Positions 25,823 to 37,831 of a stretch of 64,000 bases of DNA are shown piece after piece; the first letter of the stretch is position 1, and each line of letters starts with the position of its first letter. The stretch is taken from contig NC_087246.1 of the NCBI RefSeq assembly GCF_037042905.1, forward strand, positions 9,612,001 to 9,676,000, in the 5' to 3' direction. A program made the position numbers and the translations under genes. The notes below the pieces were generated by a model that was not told where the DNA came from, ran no database searches, and saw nothing but the letters and a program-made list of their open reading frames with translations. This DNA comes from Lytechinus pictus (Eukaryota).

Positions 25823-25869
25823 TGTCAATATTTTTGCCCCCCCTGTGGAAAATCCTAGGTACGCCACTG
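25618..25869. mobile_element. hAT-like MITE, 8-bp TSD
   Basis: cactagcgtaccta / taggtacgccactg. atgttgac is duplicated at 25610-25617 and 25870-25877. Confidence 0.88.
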
Positions 25870-26299
25870 ATGTTGACGACGCCGCTGTCGGAAAAGCGGC
25901 GACTAAGTCTCGCTCTATGCAGGCGAGACAAAAACTGCCAGAATAAAAAGTGCAATCATCATTGATGTCAAGTTTTACAATACCAATGAAAGCGCCTAAT
26001 TAGTATTAGAACGGCTCTTTTTCTCTCTCCCTCAACCCGAAAGCGGTCACCATCTCAAATACGTCATTCCAAATTCATAACCATAGAGTCTCAGTTTGTT
26101 ATGGCTGGACAACAAGATCGCATGAATTTTTTTCTTCTGTCTATCATTGCATACAAAGTTTACTTTCTGCCCAATTAATAGGAATATAGACGATCAGAAG
26201 TGTAACAACAGTATACTGTAAATAATTAATTTCTTGATTTTCCTCTCCTCTCTCTTAGGACTTTTCTCAGAAGCACTTTTATATTTATATATATATAAC

Positions 26300-26888
26300 A
26301 GGACAAGTCCACCCCAACAAAAATTTCATTTGAATGAAAGAGAAAAATCAAACAAGCAAAACACTGAAAAATTCATCAAAATCGGGTATAAAATACGAAA
26401 GTTATGACATTTTAAAGTTTTGCTTAATTTCACAAAACAGTTATGCACATCCAGGTCGGTATGCAAATGAGGAGACTGATGACATCATCCAGTCACTATA
26501 TATTTTGTATTTTATAATATGAAATATTCTTATTTTCTCCTCATTGTCAAGTGAAGTAACAATCAATTGCTCCCTGAACCTGTGGAATTAGCATTGTTTA
26601 ATAATATATGGTTCAGTCAAGTTGGTCCTTATAAAATATGTAAAAAATGAAATATTGGATAATTCAAACAATAAAAAACACAAGCAATAGTGAGTGAAGG
26701 AAATCATCGACTGACTCTTGTTTGCATGTCACTGAATTGTGCATATCACCTTTTTGTGAAAAATAAGCGAAAATTTAAGATGTCATAACTTCCTTATTTC
26801 ACATCCGATTTTTAGGAAATTTTAGGTGTTATGCTAGCTTGATTGTATTTATTCAAATCAACATTTTTCTCTGGGGTGGACTTGACCT
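26300..26888. mobile_element. Kolobok-like MITE (AG...CT ends, TTAA site)
   Basis: aggacaagtccacccca / tggggtggacttgacct followed by TTAA. Homologous copy at 53562-54140. Confidence 0.7.
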
Positions 26889-28369
26889 TTAAAGGTTTCA
26901 AATCATGACTTGGTAGGCAAAATGACTAAACTGTCATCATTTTTAACCACTTTAATCATATGAAAATATATAAAACCATACATTACATCTACATTATGAT
27001 ACTCATCATTATGTACACAATATTTCTGATATACTGAGTGCATAGGTAAAATAATTTTTAATTTCATAAAAAAATGAGAATTCATGGAGTTTGTCACATG
27101 ATGTATGATGGAGTTGCTGGCATATGATATCACAGAATCAAATCTTTTTAATCCGTAAGTCTGAACATTTTTCACACAACTCTCAGTGAAAGCGCTTCAA
27201 AAACATTTGTTAACGTACAACAATGTGATTTTTACAGGGGTATCATCAAACACTCCAAGATTACAGAAGTGTAGTGACTGTTGATAATTTGTATAAATGT
27301 GAATTTGACAAGGGGATGTCATTGCCTGAGATAGAAGAAATGGAATCAATGTTGAATTCGTTAAGTTGAAACTTTGAGCCAAAAACTAAAAACTCACATT
27401 TACTATCAACTATGGTTCAAAAGTAATGAGTTTGACTTCAACTAAGTGTCAATGTCCATTATGCATCTTTTAAGAATACAAAGTTGACAAATAATATTAG
27501 CACACATGTTATCTCTATTAAACTATAGCTTCATATTCAAGATACAAATTCCATTATAACTGTATTGCATACAGACAACTATGTCTGTTTTGTGCAGTCC
27601 TAGCAGTGTAGCTTAAACACAATAAGAAATATAAGAGATGTTCATTTGTTCAAGATTATATGGAGCTAAATAAAGTACAAAAACAACATGAGTTATAAAA
27701 TAAAACCAAACTGACTCTGAAACATTAATTTAAAAATCCTACCCTTTTTACTTTTGCATTATTCTCAATTGTATAATTTGACAATAATTGGAGGATGGTG
27801 GTAGAGGAGTGTTCTCTTAGGCAGAGTTCTGACATCAGATCGGCCATCAGATGTGAAAATGGAACTTTGTGAATCTGATACATTGAGCAACTAAATAAAT
27901 GAAAATAAATTCGAATTAAAAAGTAATTTCGTACCACTCAATTAATCATAATGAATTTTACATAAGAACTTTTGGGTCTCGAGTGAGAAAACTTTCTTTT
28001 TTGTGCTATATAAAGACCTAATCCTATGTACAAAAAAAAATGAAATGTATAAAAAGCTTATGTCTAGTGATCAAATTTTACATGATTTAAATATAATACA
28101 AATATTATAATACATTACCATGCATTACTGATCAAATATATTTAATATAATAATGCAAGTAAAAACATTGATTAATAAATAATTTTAATACTAAAAGACT
28201 GAAAGACTAAATTATTAAATTAATCATCAAAAAATGAAATCGAATCATGACAAAAGTAAGCAAAATTAATCAATGCATAAATGCACAGAAAAATATATTA
28301 TAGAATTAAACAAATCAATGAATGAATATGTGCTTTTATCTTCTTATCTTTCATTTATCAATTTCTAAA

Positions 28370-28630
28370 GACCAAGCAGGTCTTTGATGCGCTCATCCAC
28401 TTCTTGCTTTCTTGTTATTCCAAAAGTTTCAAAAACTTGGGGGGAAAGATCATTTGCTTTTGCATGCCCCACTTTGTGGAATAGCCTTCCTGAAAATGTA
28501 CCTCTGTCGAAACTTTCAAAAATCTTCTAAAAACTCTTTTATTTAACTCTTAGCTCTTTATGCGCCTTGAGCACTCTACAGAGTGTATTTGGCTCTTTAT
28601 AAGTCACATTATTATTATTATCATTATTAT
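28370..28630 (+). mobile_element. 3' end of a degenerate CR1/L2-type LINE
   Basis: Residual WGERSFAFACPTLWNSLP coding, followed by an (att)n tail. Confidence 0.6.
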
Positions 28631-28707
28631 CAATGAATGAAAGTCAATATTGACTATTTGATTTCATAAAAAATAACTTCAATGACAGAGTTCGACTAGG
28701 AATGAAG

Positions 28708-31700
28708 TTATTTGAGGGTCATGATGCGTATATGCTGTCTCATCCACGTCAGCCCTTGGTCTTTGAAATGCTGGTTCATGTGATCATTGTCTGCTAAAAG
28801 CTCGATGGAAAATTTCTCTCCTTGATAAGATGGGAGCACAAGAAGCAAATGAAAAAATAATCAAAGAGAAGTAAAATAAACCGCAAAAAACATTAACAAA
28901 CAAATATGTAAGATTCACTATTAAAAATAAAGACGTAACTAGTATAATAATTTCTCGAGTTCAGGCAGACTCACAACACCAGAGAGCTAACAATTAAAGC
29001 GCATAAAGTTAACAGTTACACTTATAATGTCCTTTTAATACTATATTTCACTCGCTTAGGCAAGTAGTTGATGGATTCTCTCCTGGAAAGATTAGGGGAA
29101 GAGATAACTTTTTAATACCAAATAAAAAAGGAAAGATGCAATCAAACGTGACAAGAAATATCACTGAAGGTGATGAATACCATGCTTAAAGAGAAATGCC
29201 AGTAGTTGCAGTAAACACTGATTTCATGAGAAAGTCTGTAAACCAGGCTTAATTGTCAGTATATCATCGAGGATCTAGATCTGGTACAGTTACATAAACT
29301 GAACTTTGTGAAATCTTGAAATCTACGCTGAAAAATGTTCACACTGAAGATCACCAACACAGATAAGCGCACGTGGGACAGTGTATTATTATTGCCTTGA
29401 ATGTCGGCCCGACGCTTGACCCGAATCCTGTGCTTATTTGCTGATTTCTCAGCAATTACACAATTTCTTCCATAATTATTTGGCACATATGTTTTATTTA
29501 TACAAACAGACACTTTGGTGGCCCGGGGGGCACTTACATTGACGAGTAGATACCATACGCGACCAAAAAAACACGTAAAAATGATGTCTTGTTTAAGATA
29601 GGGCACGTTACGTACGTAACGTGATAAGGGTGTCAAAAACACAAAAATATTGAAAAAAGGGTATCTATTTCGCTCGGAAAAATATACGTGTTTAGGGTCA
29701 AATATGCGGGGATGATAAAACAAAATCAAAATGTTTTATAAAGGATGCCCTTTTTGCCCTTACACTACGTGTTTAGAGTCCGATTTGCGCGAGGTGTGGA
29801 AGGTGGGGCCGTACTAAACCAAAAATATGATGTCTAAAGGTAAAACCGACGGACGCGTGATATAACAATAAAATATCTCTGTACTTGTTTAGGGGTTCAT
29901 TTCAGGGAATACTTGCTAAGAGTATCGTTTTGTTTCCAATACTTGTTAAGGGGTGCATTTTCAGAATATGGAAAATACATCGCTGTACTTGTTTAGGGGC
30001 TCAGTTCTGGGAATACTTGCCAATTTGTTTCCAATACTTGTTAAGGGTAAGGTTTCACACGCCAATACTTGTTAAGGGGTGCATTTTCAGAATATGGAAA
30101 ATACGTGTTTAGGGTGCTTTTCAAGACCCCGTATCGCGCATGGTATCCACTAGTCAATGGAAGTGCCCCCCCCCCCCCGGGGTGGGGCCGTACTAAACCA
30201 AAATAAGGTAAAACCGACGACCGACGGACGCGTGACATAACAATAAAATATCTCTGTGCTTGTTTAGGGGTTCATTTCAGGGAATACTTGCTAAGAGTAT
30301 CGTTTTGTTTCCAATACTTGTTAAGGGGTGCATTTTCAGAATATGGAAAATACATCGCTGCATGTACTTGTTTAGGGGCTCAGTTCTGGGAATACTTGCC
30401 AATAGTATTTGTTTCCAATACTTGTTAAGGGTAGGGTTTCACATGCCAATACTTGTTAAGGGGTGCATTTTCAGAATATGGAAAATACGTGTTTAGGGCG
30501 CATGGTATCCACTCGTCAATGGAAGTGGCCCCCCGGGTTTGGTGGTCATTTAATTGGATTCTGTACGAACTCATTTTGATATCGTTACCACAACTGGCAT
30601 TTACCTTTAACTGATCATGAAGTCCAAACCACAAGATTGTAACATAATGTTCGCCACAATAAACCATTACCATGGCAACATAATTTTGACACATGCGAAA
30701 AATGTGCCTTCCACATCTTTACGTCAAGACCAGTCATGTGTGAGCCAAATTTTGAGAATTTGTAGAAAACTGATGAAGTAGTTTGAACCCCAAGATTTTT
30801 ACCTAATTTTCGCCATATGATATGTTATCATGGCAACATGATTTCCGATACAAGCAACAAATTTTTCTTGCACATTTTTATCTCAAGACCAACGTGTGTG
30901 CCAAATTTCATGAGAATCGATTGAAAACTGATGATTGATGAAGTAGTTTGACCAACAATTTTTATCTAATTTTTGCCATCAAATGCGATAAACGTGTCTT
31001 GCACATCTTAACCCTAAAACAAATGTGTGTTCCAACTATCATGGGAACTGGTAAATAAAATTGATTGAGTAGTTCGAAGCACAAGATTTGCAATGGGACC
31101 GACCAACTGCCCGATTGTATGCTGATTCCTAGATACCCCCTTCTAACTTCAGTAGGCAGGGGCATAAAAATAGATGAACACAAAAAGGTTACTAATTTGA
31201 TTAGATACATTGCACACATAACAGAACTTTCCACAATCTTGAAAATTAACGATGAACAAAGATGGATAAAACAGGAAGATATCTTATTTCCAAACTGACA
31301 CCAAGTTAATTACCATTTCATTCTTTTATTTCTTGGCTTTCAATAGCATGATTTGAATATATGACATTCTTGTGATTTAAATGGCTAAACTTCCACGGAC
31401 GTACCCACTAACTTCTGAGTATCTATTTATTAATTGAAAGTATTTTTTTATATTCTCTCTTTATACTTGTTTGTTGATAATTAGACCATGGACCTAGGTC
31501 CATGATTAGACACAACCCTTTTATCAAACACAACAGTTCATTTTGTACATTATATCCCTCATATTAATAATCTGAACAGGTGATTGGTCTAAACTCTGTC
31601 ATGTGACGAAAGATTGGTGAGGCTTAATTCAAACAAATGATCATTAGAGTATTTGATAACAATGCACGCACATGTAGTTGACTGTCAAATTTATAAAATC

Positions 31701-34700
31701 TCACTCAAAGACCAGGATTTCTTATTGTTTTCTGATTGGCAGTAAGGTATTGGAATGATTGAAATATTCAAATATTTCAAGGCCTTGCTTTGAAGTTATC
31801 TCCAAAGACTATGAGGGAACTACATGAGGACAGTAATACAAATTATTTGTCTCATCCATGTTAATCCTGCCTTCATAAATTGATCATTATTTGCATGCAA
31901 GTGATCCATGTTGGCAAGTTACTCTATGGTGAACTTCTAACCTGAAACAAATATAAGGATTATTTAAAGGAAACAGACAAAGCTTGGTATAACACAAAGA
32001 AAGTAAGTGACGAGAATGGTACAATCACTACAATGGCATAATAAAAGAAAAGAAAACATATAGAGGTTTTAAGATTAACAAAGGGAAATATTTACAGGTT
32101 CATTAACATTCAACAAAAATAAAAAACGCCTCAAGGCCCTATAAATTTTTTTTTCTTACAATAGCTTCCAAAAAATATTAAATATTATACACGTACAACA
32201 AAGTTAGTACAATAAATTGTGGATGAAAAAAAAGGAACAAATTAAGTTAAAGGTGAGTCCACTGAACAAGTTGACTTAAATGAAAACAGAAAATTAAGAG
32301 AAGCATTCAGTAAGATTTGTTCAAACATCCATCAAAGAATAGCCGAATTATAAATTTTGAAAGATCTAATATTATGTCACATGAGAGTACTATCCCAATA
32401 TGTCATGCAATATAAAATAAATGAATTACTATTTTCAAATAAGCAATATAATTGAAAACATAAATTATTCTTACCATATAACTTTTGTATAACTTCATCA
32501 GGCAATGTATTGGGAGGTCCTGAAAGAACAACAAAAAATCAATTACCATACACATACCCCAAAACAGGTCTCAAAAGGATATATATCATTCACCAGGTAG
32601 AATTAATATTACAAATACCAGCCTTAAGAGCTTGAAAATGCTATAAAATTACTAGTACAAAACTAAATTCATATACAGTATCATATTTCAATTGAAATAT
32701 CAATGACTTTTGATCAAGAGACACCTGAATTGTACTGCTAGTAAACTTTTTAAATGAGAACGAATATATAAAACAAAAAGATAGAAAATATAAAAATGTA
32801 TATCAAAATACACTATCAGTAAAAACTTATTTCAATGTACACAACAAAATTTGAATCAATAATACCAATATTGGACACAGATAATAAATCAATTGTGTGG
32901 AGTAGGAAATAAGTATATGACTGGATTCAACATACAATCACATTGGAATGAAAAAAAAAATGATTCAAAATCACCTTTTGGTTTTTCCTCTCGGCTGTAC
33001 TCAAACACCTCATTCAGAATGCGCCCTCCTGGGGACAGTACTGAGAGTAGGACGTCTGTATATCTAACGATGGTTAAGATTACAGGATATTGAATGTTAT
33101 CAGATGTGTATCACGAATAATATACTGATTGTACAAGTCTCTCATGAATATAAAAAATTATTACAAGTTCTATGCAGCTATGATAAACACCTAAACCAGT
33201 ATCAATGTGTCAAATCAAGTGATATTTTTAGAATGACTTTAATATAGCGAGGTAATTACGGTTCTGAGGAGGGTGAAACACAACAAAGCTTATTTTTTTA
33301 GCCAGATAATTTAAGCTATTCTCACGCAGAATACTCAGATGGCAAGGGATAAAAATGAATTAACTTGTTTTTATGTGTTATGTATTTTATGAGCTTTTGG
33401 TTTGTATATGATTTGCAATTTTACTTTTGGGTCCGTTCTGGGTCGTTAAATGTACAAATCTTTTTTACTCACAAAAAACCCCCATTAAACCGAATAACTA
33501 AATTATATGTACAAATAAATCAAATGAAATAATGATGATGCATGATGATGGTGACAGCGATGATAATAATGATGTTGATGGTGATAATGATAATAACTAC
33601 CAATGAAATAGAGAATTTTACTCTGACTTACTGCTGTTGTGATGAGGGATCGACAGCAACAAGAGAACCTCGGTCCCAAATAGCATCAAACTGACCTGCA
33701 AAATCTCTGTATTTCCAAGGATCAAGTAATACCCAAAAAATATTAAAAGAAAAATAGTACTGAAATTCCTTTAAACCCCCACTGTATATCTTTTAACCTC
33801 TCAGAATGAACAAAATGATATGACCAACTCCAGTAAGATCTTGGCACTGCAACACAAAGACTTAAGCTGGATAACATAAATATGATAGAACATTTTAAAA
33901 TGGTTCCTGGTCAATACTTTGAACAAAGTACACATGTAACAATGATTATGATTGGCTATCACCATTTACACCATTTAGTAAATGATTGCAAACATTTGTG
34001 TAATGGGTTACCATCTAGATATTGGATATAGCTAACATACATGTACACTAATTATCTTTATTATACCACTAACAAATAAATCACATATTCCACAAAAATG
34101 TACTTACTTAGAGAATTTAAAGAAGTCACACAGGTATATTTTTATCTTCTTGTCTTCATTCTGTTGGAATAAGTGAATTGTAACAATGGCATGTTAAAGA
34201 GTATATATGAGAATAGGTTCATATGTATGGAAGAACTAAAACGGCTAACATTATTTATCAGGGTAACGCTTTGTAACGATATTGTAACCTTCCTAAAAGA
34301 CTGTCCTTGGACCAGTTCAACAAGCTCTTGAAGGCCCATTTATTTTGTTCATGAATAATAATTACAATGCGTCTCTGAAAATATTAATTCTAGATAGCTG
34401 GTGCTATATAAATGCATATCATATCATTATTATTAGTACCGTAGTATTATTTGTGAATGAGAGCCGTTTTTATCAACTGGTAACTTTTGAAATGTTATCA
34501 TCATATAGTGATCAACGTGTATATAGTGGGGCATATTGCGAAGTGCTTTGTAACATTAGGATATAACAACTATCAGATTAAAGCAAGGAATACTTAACTC
34601 TAAAAATATTCATTTATTTTTGGAGAAAATTAGAAATTATATTTTTTTAGATACCTAGCACCCTTTCTTGGAAATGTTTTTATTTTCTTCACAGATGGAC

Positions 34701-36307
34701 AGTTAAGAAAATTCACAAATTTAGAGATTGGATATCTGAAAACTTTAGACAAATAGCATGATAATTTTCAGCCTTTCAATGTTTGAGAATTGCTTCAATA
34801 TAAAAAAGAAAACATCTTCTTGTGAGCATGATGGTACTGGCAGTTTCCCAAATTGGAAGCTTTTACAAACCAAGCACGCAGTATATCATGCTGATAATGG
34901 CAGATTCACAAACAAAGGAATGAAACCGATCACCCAGTAAAGAAACAGGAGAGGATGTATCCCACCGCTGCCACCAAATGTTTCCTAGATCACTATGACA
35001 TGGCAACACAATTCCAACATTTTAGTTTTCTATATGTAAGTCAATGGGACATTACATCTCACTTTTCACTTGTTTTATGACTTCAATGAAACCTAATACC
35101 CTATCTCAACAATTAATACTAAAGTCTTCATACTATAAAGCACACATCACCCTTGTTAAGTGACTACATCGTCAAAGCCCCCCCCCCCTATAATGTCCCT
35201 GGGTCAAGAACCCTCATCCTTACCTCAAATAGTTTGCCATCTGTGATCCCAGGGATATCACTTTCTTTGTAGGAGAGATCTTGTTCTTGAAAGAATTCCA
35301 TGACAGCTTGAAGAACACCTTCTACTCCAACAACCTCATGACCTTCTTCAGCAAGCCTGAATAATCAAGAAAAAAGTTATTAACGAAAATTGCTAGATGT
35401 CAAACAAGTACAACTCTCCTCTTTGTACACTGAAATATACCAAAACCTCTCTTTTTGCTAATTCTAAAGAAAACTATTGTCCACGATATATTTCATAAAA
35501 CCTCTATTGAACGTCCTCCCATGCACAAGTGTGATTTCAATAATGTAGGTTTCATTGCGAACAGGAAGTCCACATCAGATTTGCTAATAACTTTCAAGAT
35601 TACCATTTCTTCAATTTCCCTACAACTTTCATTACTCTGTTTCTTTTATTTTTTTTGTTATCACACAAGCTAACCTGTTACCAGGGGTTTCATTCTCGTT
35701 TAATACAGTAAAAGAAAAGAATTTGTGATGAGATATCAACCGGACTATACTGATAACATCAGGATATTGATAAAAAGAAACATGTAATATAATGTATTGT
35801 TTGAAAAAAATGAAAAGATAATCATTGGTATCACCTACCATCTCATATCCAATGTTTTCCCACATAGTGGAACAAGAACCCGACTAGGCTTCTTCACCAG
35901 GAGTTTGCTCTGAAATTCTAGCAATGACCTGAAAGTAAAACATTCATTTCATCCATTACCAATCTATGAAAGTCAAATTGACGACATATCGGAGCATAAA
36001 CAAGCAGAAAAAGCCCATAAGTTTCAAATTAAAGAGGAAGTTCACCCTGACAAACACTTTGTTGAAAAAATACCATAAAAAATAATTAAAACTATTAATA
36101 AAGTTTGAGGAAAATCCATCAAAGATTATTAAAGAAAGTTATTAGAAATTTAATTTTTATGATTGGTATCATCATCATGAACCATAAAAATTGAAATTCA
36201 TGCATTATATTATATTACATATGATATGGGGCAGCTGCTCATATAAATTATGACATCACAAATCAAAAACTTAAAAGAAGTCTCATAATTTTCTTAATCT
36301 TTGATGG

Positions 36308-36352
<45 letters not shown>

Positions 36353-37365
36353 GTGTAAAGTTATACATGTACAACAGCTTTGGCAACTCTTTTATTTAAA
36401 TATTGTAAAGAAATGGATGAAGAGAACAATGGTAGGCGTAGCTTAAATCAAGGTTCCCCAGAGCTATCTACCCTTTGGAAAAATTGGTGATGCCGAAAAA
36501 ATGTCTCTGCCGGGAATCGAACCCGGGCCCCCAGCTTTGAACGCCGGTGCCTTAACCACTAGACCACAGAGACGGGTTAGTGGCTAGGGCGACCCCGATC
36601 CGATTGACCGTCAGATAGACAGATTTTCGACACTATACCAATTATAATTTCCTTTGTCGGGTGAAGGTGGGTTTCGAACAATGACAAGCCGCCATGCCTC
36701 AGCTGGATCAAAGCTATTGCTTTGATACAGTACACGAGAAAGTATACAAATGTGTAAAGTTATACATGTACAACAGCTTTGGCAACTCTTTTACCACCCG
36801 TCTCTGTGGTCTAGTGGTTAAGGCACCGGCGTTCAAAGCTGGGGGCCCGGGTTAGATTCCCGGCAGAGACATTTTTTCGGCATCACCAATTTTTCCAAAG
36901 GGTAGATAGCTCTGGGGAACCTTGATTTAAGCTACGCCTACCATTGTTCTCTTCATCCATTTCTTTACAATATTTAAATAAAAGAGTTGCCAAAGCTGTT
37001 GTACATGTATAACTTTACACATTTGTGTACTTTCTCGTGTACTGTATCAAAGCAATAGCTTTGATCCAGCTGAGGCATGGCGGCTTGTCATTGTTCGAAA
37101 CCCACCTTCACCCGACAAAGGAAATTATAATTGGTATAGTGTCGAAAATCTGTCTATCTGACGGTCAATCGGATCGGGGTCGCCCTAGCCACTAACCCGT
37201 CTCTGTGGTCTAGTGGTTAAGGCACCGGCGTTCAAAGCTGGGGGCCCGGGTTCGATTCCCGGCAGAGACATTTTTTCGGCATCACCAATTTTTCCAAAGG
37301 GTAGATAGCTCTGGGGAACCTTGATTTAAGCTACGCCTACCATTGTTCTCTTCATCCATTTCTTT

Positions 37366-37402
<37 letters not shown>

Positions 37403-37831
37403 CAAACTTTTGTTCAGGGTGAACTTCCTTTTAAAGAAAAAACACTTCATCATTGCCATATTCTTTTGCAAACCATCCCATGCCATTTTTAGTGTGATGA
37501 ATTAAAACAAAATACATACATACATGTGTATATATATAGAGCTTTAGGTTTTTTTTTTTTATCAACTTTTTAAATGTACACATGCCAAAAAAGATGTACA
37601 CATGCCAAGAAAGAAGAAGATTCTTCCTTTTCATGAAAACACTGATACAACTAATACAAAGTTACAGGACTAATAAACATTCTGCACAAAACAGAATTGG
37701 ATTATTACTAAATGCGCTTCTGGACACAAACAGTAAATGGGATGAATCAAGTATTACTTGTGAACATATGTCCGGTGGAACGATGTTCTGCCCTCTGACC
37801 ACCCTTCTGACCATTCCTCTAGTTTAGGCAT
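28708..37831 (-). CDS. TPMT: Thiopurine S-methyltransferase, 223 aa; coding exons 37831-37758, 35928-35839, 35356-35224, 34160-34108, 33706-33632, 33063-32975, 32519-32475, 28820-28708
   Basis: Hand-spliced GT-AG exons (74+90+133+53+75+89+45+113=672 nt) give MPKLEEWSEGWSEGRTSFH..RVLVPLCGKTLDMRWLAEEGHEVVGVE..IYLCDFF..FDAIWDRGSLVAV..GPP..GLTWMRQHIRIMTLK*. These are TPMT family motifs and all intron phases are consistent. Confidence 0.95.
29190..30606. mobile_element. TTAA-flanked Kolobok-like MITE with nested insertion
   Basis: TTAA|agagaaatgccagt ... actggcatttacct|TTAA. Confidence 0.75.
29522..30537. mobile_element. CCCGGGGG-terminus MITE, 8-bp TSD, internal partial duplication
   Basis: cccggggggcacttacattgacgagt / actcgtcaatggaagtggccccccggg. 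tttggtgg is duplicated at 29514-29521 and 30538-30545. Confidence 0.85.
30620..31170 (-). mobile_element. Probable Helentron/DINE-like fragment
   Basis: Internal tandem units. Ends in an atacccc...ggggcataaaaa hairpin plus A-run. Confidence 0.4.
31820..31941 (-). pseudogene. Degenerate duplicate of the TPMT last coding exon
   Basis: tttcag acceptor, same phase as the functional exon. Translates G*KFTIE*LANMDH...KAGLTWMRQIICI, versus functional GEKFSIELLADNDH...KDQGLTWMRQHIRI. Confidence 0.85.
36502..36573 (-). tRNA. tRNA-like gene, anticodon UCA, intact A/B boxes
   Basis: Reverse complement of 37199-37270, followed by T6 on its own strand. Confidence 0.75.
36800..36871 (+). tRNA. tRNA-like gene, anticodon UCA, B-box variant (GTTAGA)
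   Basis: Same 72-nt cloverleaf with C->A in the T-loop. Confidence 0.6.
37199..37270 (+). tRNA. tRNA-like gene, anticodon UCA, intact A/B boxes
   Basis: Acceptor GTCTCTG/CAGAGAC, D-arm GTCT-AGTGGTTA-AGGC, anticodon arm CCGGC-GTTCAAA-GCTGG, 4-nt variable loop, T-arm CCGGG-TTCGATT-CCCGG, discriminator A, then TTTTTT. Confidence 0.75.

Larger units (their letters stand above)
16995..25934 (-). mobile_element. Helentron/DINE-1-like non-autonomous element inflated by nested insertions
   Basis: Subterminal IR gtctcgcctacat (~17016) pairs with atgcaggcgagac (25917-25929). Terminal hairpin gtctcgc..gcgagac. A/T runs at both ends, no TSD. Internal tandem units at 20580-20780 and 24785-25610. Confidence 0.7.
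36348..37372. mobile_element. tRNA-carrying 399-bp unit arranged as ~1.1 inverted plus ~1.4 direct copies between (TA)n tracts
   Basis: Plus-strand period of 399 bp (36800 vs 37199). 36348-36792 is the reverse complement of the same unit. (TA)n on both sides. Confidence 0.9.
36033..37430. mobile_element. TTAA-flanked Kolobok-like MITE hosting the (TA)n/tRNA insertion
   Basis: TTAA|agaggaagttcaccctga ... tcagggtgaacttcctt|TTAA. Confidence 0.75.

Noticed and set aside
37065..37160. Hammerhead-like motifs (ctgagg..cgaaac; cccgacaaag-stem-cgaaa) in the 399-bp unit
   Set aside because: Core nucleotides deviate from CUGANGA and I could not close stems I/III by eye. Needs a covariance-model search.
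37199..37270. Selenocysteine tRNA, and a functional link to selenium methylation by TPMT
   Set aside because: A 72-nt body with a 4-nt variable loop is incompatible with tRNA-Sec. The element sits inside a MITE, so its location in TPMT is probably chance. The pseudo-exon stops are TAG/TAA, not TGA.
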